DNA of 64,000 nt, taken from positions 186,001 to 250,000 of the forward strand of contig JAHLTZ010000010.1 of NCBI GenBank assembly GCA_025786725.1, in the 5' to 3' direction. This document shows, piece after piece, positions 57,920-64,000 of this stretch (position 1 is the stretch's first letter; each line of letters begins with the position of its first letter). The DNA comes from Syncephalis fuscata S228 (lineage: Eukaryota > Fungi > Zoopagomycota). A model generated the notes under the pieces. The model was given only the letters and a program-made list of their open reading frames with translations. It was not told the origin of the DNA and did no database searches. The position numbers were made by a program, and so were the translations under genes.

Positions 57920-58391
57920 TCAGTGTTGTGTGCTATTCTGTATGCATGTAGATATTGAAGACCGAGTCGATAGAAATGACAGCAAATACATCGTTATCGT
58001 TTTTATAAAGCAAGCAATATACTTGTTTTTACCAAATAGTTAGACCGTATAACAAATAATACAGACTAATGTATCTATTTGTGTCGCATATGTATTGGAT
58101 TATTACCATTACCGTTACTTATGCAAATGACTGGCAGATTGAAATAAAGACTGGACAGTTTATGCACTATTTCGTATGCATGTAAATATTGAGAACTGGA
58201 TCGGTAGAAATAGCAGCAAATACATCATTATTGTTTTCACAAAGCCAAACAATATACTTGTTTTTACCAAATAGTTAGACTGTATAACAAAGAATACAAA
58301 CTAATATGCCTATTTCTATCACATATGTACTGGATTATTACCATTACTATGCTGCTATTTGTGCAAATGACTGGCAGATTGGAGTAAAGAC
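57920..58391 (+). repeat. Diverged tandem duplication (~240-bp unit x2) upstream of microexon gene copy 2
   Basis: Both units contain AGCAAATACATC..AATATACTTGTTTTTACCAAATAGTTAGAC..GCAAATGACTGGCAGATTG; copy 1 has a single unit. Confidence 0.8.
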
Positions 58392-58717
58392 CGTGCAAGT
58401 TAAAATCAAGACTGGTCAGGTTTAAATCAAGACGAGAAGCATCCTATTACACCATGAAACTATTGGTACATGCACGCCGCAAACCATTAGTTCGATTGAT
58501 TTATTGGTTCATATTACACATCAATGGTGTACCTCATACTACAGTATACTAGCATCCCAGTATAGCCATAAGTATAAATAGCTCACAAAATATACATAAT
58601 CAATTGCAATATCATTATCACACTCTACTTCTTGCTATAAACGCACTACTCTCCACTTTATACCAACCGCACTCTACTATTCCTTTTATTTGTTTGTCTT
58701 AACAAATCGATATCACC

Positions 58718-61700
58718 ATGAAGCTTTCCATTGCTGTCGTTTGCAACATTGTCGTGGCTATCATGGCCAGTACAGCCATGGTGGATGCTAATCCAGCCAT
58801 AGTTCGTCGTGATGGTATGTTGCAATAATAGACATGTCACAGAATCATGCTTATTAACAGTATTTTTAAATAATAATTATAATAGCCAGTAGGTTGTGCT
58901 GCGTATTAACTGACTATTCGCTAACTATATCACGTATTGTGTATCGATAACTTAACATTAATAGTTGGTGGGTTGTATTACATATCAATAGAGCATCTAC
59001 TAATTATGTACCATGTACTGTGCCCATTAATAACTTAATATTAGAGGATTGTAAGTTATATGTATATTAACTGATCACTTACTAATTGCATGTTATACAC
59101 CATGTTTATCAATGACTTCATATCAATAGGTCGTAGGTTGTATTGTATATCAATTGACTACTTACCAATTACATGCTATGCACCCTTTGCATCAACAACT
59201 TAATACTAATAGGTCGTAAGTAATATTGTATATTGCTAACTTATAAATTAATTTCCATTTATTATTTGTATTAAAAACCTTATTAATAGGAGGTAGGTGG
59301 TACTCTATATTAACTGATCACTCACTAATCACATGTTATACACCATGTTTATCAATGGCTTCATATCAATAGGCCGTAAGTTATATTGTATATCAATTGA
59401 TTACTCACTAATTATACGTTATGCACCATGTGTATTAACAACTTAATATTAATAGGCGGTAAGTGGTATTGTATATTGACTGGCTTATAAATTAATTGTA
59501 TAACATATATTATGTATATCAACAACCTAATACCATAGCGGGTAAGTTGTATTGTGTATTACTTGACTATGTGCTAATTCTATGCCATGCGCTACGTATA
59601 TCAACAACTTGATACTAATAGCATGTAAGTTATTGTATATTAATTAAACATTGGCTAATTATATATTATGTGCTGCGTATATCAACAACTAATGCTAATA
59701 GGTTGTAAGTTGTATTGTATGTTGATGGCGTATAAACTAATTATATATCATGTATTGCGCACATTGATAACTTAATTCCATAGTTAGTAAGTTGTATTAT
59801 ATATTAATTGAGTATTAACTAATTATATATCATGTACTATGTGTATCAATAACTTAATATAATAGAAAGTAAGTGGCATTTTATATAAGCTAATTACTTA
59901 TTGATTATATTCATGTACTGTATGTATCAATTTAATATTAATAGAATGTAAGTTGTATTGTATATTAACTGATTATACATTAACTATGTTATTTACTGAT
60001 TATACTAATTATAATTTTAATAGGTCGTAAGTGATAGTATATATTAACTGGCTATAAAATAACTATACTATTTACTAATGGTATTAATTATTTAATATTA
60101 ATAGAATGTAAGTAGTATTGTATAGTAACTGACACGCATTAACTATACTCTTTACTGGTGGTATTAATTATTTAATATCAATAGCTAGTAAGTAGTATTG
60201 TATATTAATTGACATGCATTATGTTATTTACTAATTGTACCAATTATTCAATATTAATAGCCTGTAAGTTTTATTTTATATTAACTATGTTATTTACTGC
60301 TTATATTAATTATTTAATATTAATAGGGCGTAAGTTGTATTGTATATTGATTGACTATATATTAACTATGTTATTTACTAATTATACCAATTATTTAATA
60401 TTAATAGGGGGTAAGTAACGTTTTATATTAATTGACTATTAACTATGTTATTTACTAATTATATTAATTATTTAATATCAATAGATTGTAAGTAGTATTG
60501 TATATTAACTGACATACATTATGTTATTTACTGATTGTACCAATTATTTAATATTAATAGCGGGTAAGTAGTATTGTATATTAACTAACTATACATTAAC
60601 CATACTATTTACTGGTGGTATTAATTATTTAATATTAATAGCCTGTAAGTTGTATTGTATATTAACTATGTTATTTACTAATTATACTAATTACTCAATT
60701 TTAATAGCCCGTAAGTAATATTTTATATTAACTAACTATGCATTAACTATGCTATTTACTGCTTATATTAATTATTAATTATTTAATATTAATAGTGGGT
60801 AAGTTGTATTGTATATTAACTGTTATTTACTGATTATACTAATTGTTTAATATTAATAGAATGTAAGTTGTATTGTATATTAACTAACTATACATTAACC
60901 ATGCTATTTACTGGTGATATTAATTACTTAATATTGATAGATCGTAAGTTGTATTATATAGCAACTAACTATGCATTAACTATGTTATTTACCGACTATA
61001 CTAATTATTTAATATTAATAGGATGTAAGTTGTATTGTATATTAACTATTTTATTTACTAATTATATTAATTATTAATTATTTAATATTAATAGCTTGTA
61101 AGTTTTATTGTATATTAACTATGTTATTTACTGATTGTACCAATTATTTAATATTAATAGGCAGTAAGTAGTATTGTATATTAATTGACATACATTAACT
61201 ATGTTATTTACTGGTTATACCAATTATTTAATATTAATAGGCAGTAAGTTGTATTTTATATTAACTATGTTATTTACTGATTATATTAATTATTAATTAT
61301 TTAATATTAATAGCGGGTAGGTGTTATTGTATATTATTTAAATATACATTAACTATGTTATTTACTAATTATACCAATTATTTAATGTTAATAGAGTGTA
61401 AGTTGTATTATATATTGACCATGCTATTTACTGATTATACCAATTATTTAATGCTAATAGGCGGTAAGTTTATTATATATTAATTAATTGCTAATTGTAT
61501 TAATTATTTAATATTAATAGCTTGTAAGTTGTATTGTATATCAACTATGTTATTTACTGCTTATACTAATTATTTAATATTAATAGCTTGTAAGTTGTAT
61601 TGTATATTAATTATGTTATTTACTGATTATACTAATTATTTAATATTAATAGATTGTAAGCAGTATTGTATATCAACTAACTATACATTAACTATGTTAT

Positions 61701-62129
61701 TTACTGGTTATACTAATTATTTAATATTAATAGGGCGTAAGTTGTATTGTGTATTAACTGACTATACATTAACCATGCTATTTACTGGTGATATTAATTA
61801 TTTAATACTAATAGGCAGTAAGTAGTATTTTATATTAACTGACATACATTAACTATGTTATTTACCGACTATACCAATATTCAATATTAATAGTATGTAA
61901 GTAGTATTATATATTAACTGACTGCATTAATTATACTATTTACTGATTATACTAATTATTTAATGCTAATAGGCCGTAAGTAGTATTGTATATTAACTGA
62001 CTGCATTAATTATACTATTTACTGATTATACTAATTATTTAATGCTAATAGGCCGTAAGTAGCACTGTATATTGATGTCTTATATGTTAATTATATGACA
62101 TATAATATCTATTTGTAAATACAGCATAA
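58718..62129 (+). CDS. Micro-exon gene copy 2: secreted cysteine-rich prepropeptide, 76 aa, 44 exons (42 microexons)
   Basis: Exon 1 58718-58814, 42 microexons, terminal exon from 62125. Spliced product: MKLSIAVVCNIVVAIMASTAMVDANPAIVRRDAIEDCRRGRAACFKKCQSTWRDSASLEYRSCSTECASYWRICRP*. Confidence 0.85.
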
Positions 62130-62695
62130 TCAATGGTTGCAAGACATTAGCATTAATAGTGCAATCAAATCACTATTCCAATACACTTTAGGTATATATT
62201 CGGTGAAAAGCAAGACCATTTGACAACTACGCCGTCCTGTCTATCCATATATCAAGTTTTGGCCAATGCTCCGGTTTATCCAGTTTTTAATTAATGGAAT
62301 CATTATTTTATCAACAAGCTTGCATTTAGCTGTTTTTATTCAACTGTGCAGGCATATAGTAATAGACTTGTGGTTTCATCTTAACTGTATACAATCAAAT
62401 TGCTATATCAATAACCATGTTTTATTTGCATCCAATAATGGCAATTATTGATCAAATAGTTAAATTAACAAAAGACATGCACAATTATATTTTATTAGCC
62501 ATAGGCATAGGATGGTATGAATATGGTAATGTTAAATATGGATATTGTAATGATAAATGTTGGCAATAAAGTTGGCTGTGCTTATTTTTAAATATACCAT
62601 GGATAGTAACAAATCTATCACTATCATATAAGAAAATGATATTGTACCAATATTGATATAGAATAAGCATCGATTGCTAACAACTTGGCACTACA

Positions 62696-63210
62696 TTGTG
62701 ACGACTAGCAACTTAATGGCTACCGTCTTGTTTACGCTTACTTCTATCATCCAAGCATTAGTGGCTACTAATTAATTGCTTAATATAACATGAACCGATG
62801 TTATTATAAAATAAACAATAAATGATTTTCCTTTTAATTATTGATTACCATAGTTAAGCTTTTAATAACTAAATAACATTTGTAACTAAAGCAGAAAAAA
62901 GAATACAGCACCAAAGATATAGATGTGTATTATAATTCCAATAAAGCTAGTGTTTTATAGTATATACTGTTGTTAATAGAATTGAACTTTGTCCATAAGG
63001 TTGCTCATATGTCAGTAGATAACAAGTATTTACTGGTTATGTCCTTGTATAAATGTTTGTTTATGATTGTTAGTACTAGTATTTAGTATATTGTTGATGT
63101 GACTATTTATATGTTATCATTGGCATATTGTTTAATTACATAGTGGACTTTATGGATCAATTTCATGGTAGATAATTACGCGGCCATAATACTGTAATTC
63201 GGTGCCGTAA
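62696..63210 (+). repeat. ~515-bp direct repeat, right of microexon gene copy 2
   Basis: Near-identical to 43202-43715. Confidence 0.9.
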
Positions 63211-63292
63211 AAATGTAATATTTATATATTTTTAATAGCTATGGCCATTATAAAGATGTAATGTGTTTGTTTCTAACAATCAAGCTATTTCA

Positions 63293-64000
63293 AAAAATGA
63301 TTTCAACATAACTAGGTAGTAAATGTTAATATGGCGTTACAAATCATGTATAACTTTACATATAATAAAGCAAATCACTTGATATTGTGCACAAGTATAC
63401 ACGCGACATATAGATAGCCACTAGCAAATTACACTGCGGCTGTATTGCGTGATGATGTAATAGTTGTGATAATAGGCTAGTAAATGTGTAAAATGGCCAT
63501 TTTTTACCAACCATAAACTATATAACTAAAGGATATCAAAATAATTGCCGGATTCGTGTTTTTCATGCTTAGTTATACAGATTGGTATGATTTATAGAAC
63601 GCCGATTTTTGCAAAAAAAGTTCGCCAAAAATGCAACTTGCATGTTATTAATTAACGAAAAGTGCTTAAACTTTGTGACTTTAATACTTTTAATGTTAAG
63701 AATTAAATTTGGGCTAGAGTAAATCTAAAGCGCTCTATAATACTAGACAATTATAATAGCAAGCTAGTATGCAGAGATACCAATGTAAAGTGGCAATATA
63801 TATTATATACATACATGTATCTAATTATACGTAAATTGCATTTTTGGCAAACTTTTTTTGCAAAAATCGGCGTTCTATAAATCATACCAATCTGTATAAC
63901 TAAGCATGAAAAACACGAATCCGGCAATTATTTTGATATCCTTTAGTTATATAGTTTATGGTTGGTAAAAAATGGCCATTTTACACATTTACTAGCCTAT
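63293..64000. mobile_element. Foldback/MITE-like element, copy 2 (truncated by window end)
   Basis: Same element as 43798-44685; left arm to ~63640, right arm from ~63835. Confidence 0.75.

Larger units (their letters stand above)
52337..64000 (+). repeat. Segmental duplication copy 2 (runs off the window)
   Basis: Near-identical to 33180-44506. Confidence 0.95.

Overview
Eukaryotic, AT-rich, gene-dense DNA with many short (~50-90 nt) introns. The gene set and intron style suggest an early-diverging fungus, possibly Zoopagomycota (inference only). Conserved genes: calpain-5-like protease, ATS1/SERGEF-like RCC1 protein, ITFG1/TIP, F-box protein, acyl-protein thioesterase, EGD1, DPB2, RAD21/MCD1, IST1, GRS1, PRE9, myotubularin, SPC24, a HAD-family protein, ALA1 and RBM48, plus two paralogous multi-TM proteins. 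An >=11.3 kb block is present twice (33180-44506 and 52337 to the window end). Main finding: the AT-rich 'tandem repeat' at 39.4-42.6 kb (second copy 58.8-62.1 kb) reads as a gene. Each ~60-88 nt unit is a GT-AG intron followed by a 3-nt exon. Splicing a signal-peptide exon to 41 microexons (42 in copy 2) and a terminal exon gives a stop-free 79-aa (76-aa) prepropeptide with an RR cleavage site and a symmetric C-x6-C-x3-C-x14-C-x3-C-x6-C scaffold. The gene lies between ~515-bp direct repeats, next to a foldback element. SPC24 carries two U12-type introns (one AT-AC), and the minor-spliceosome factor RBM48 is also in the window. Scattered 1-bp frameshifts in essential genes are probably assembly errors. 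All gene models were read by eye, with no transcript support.
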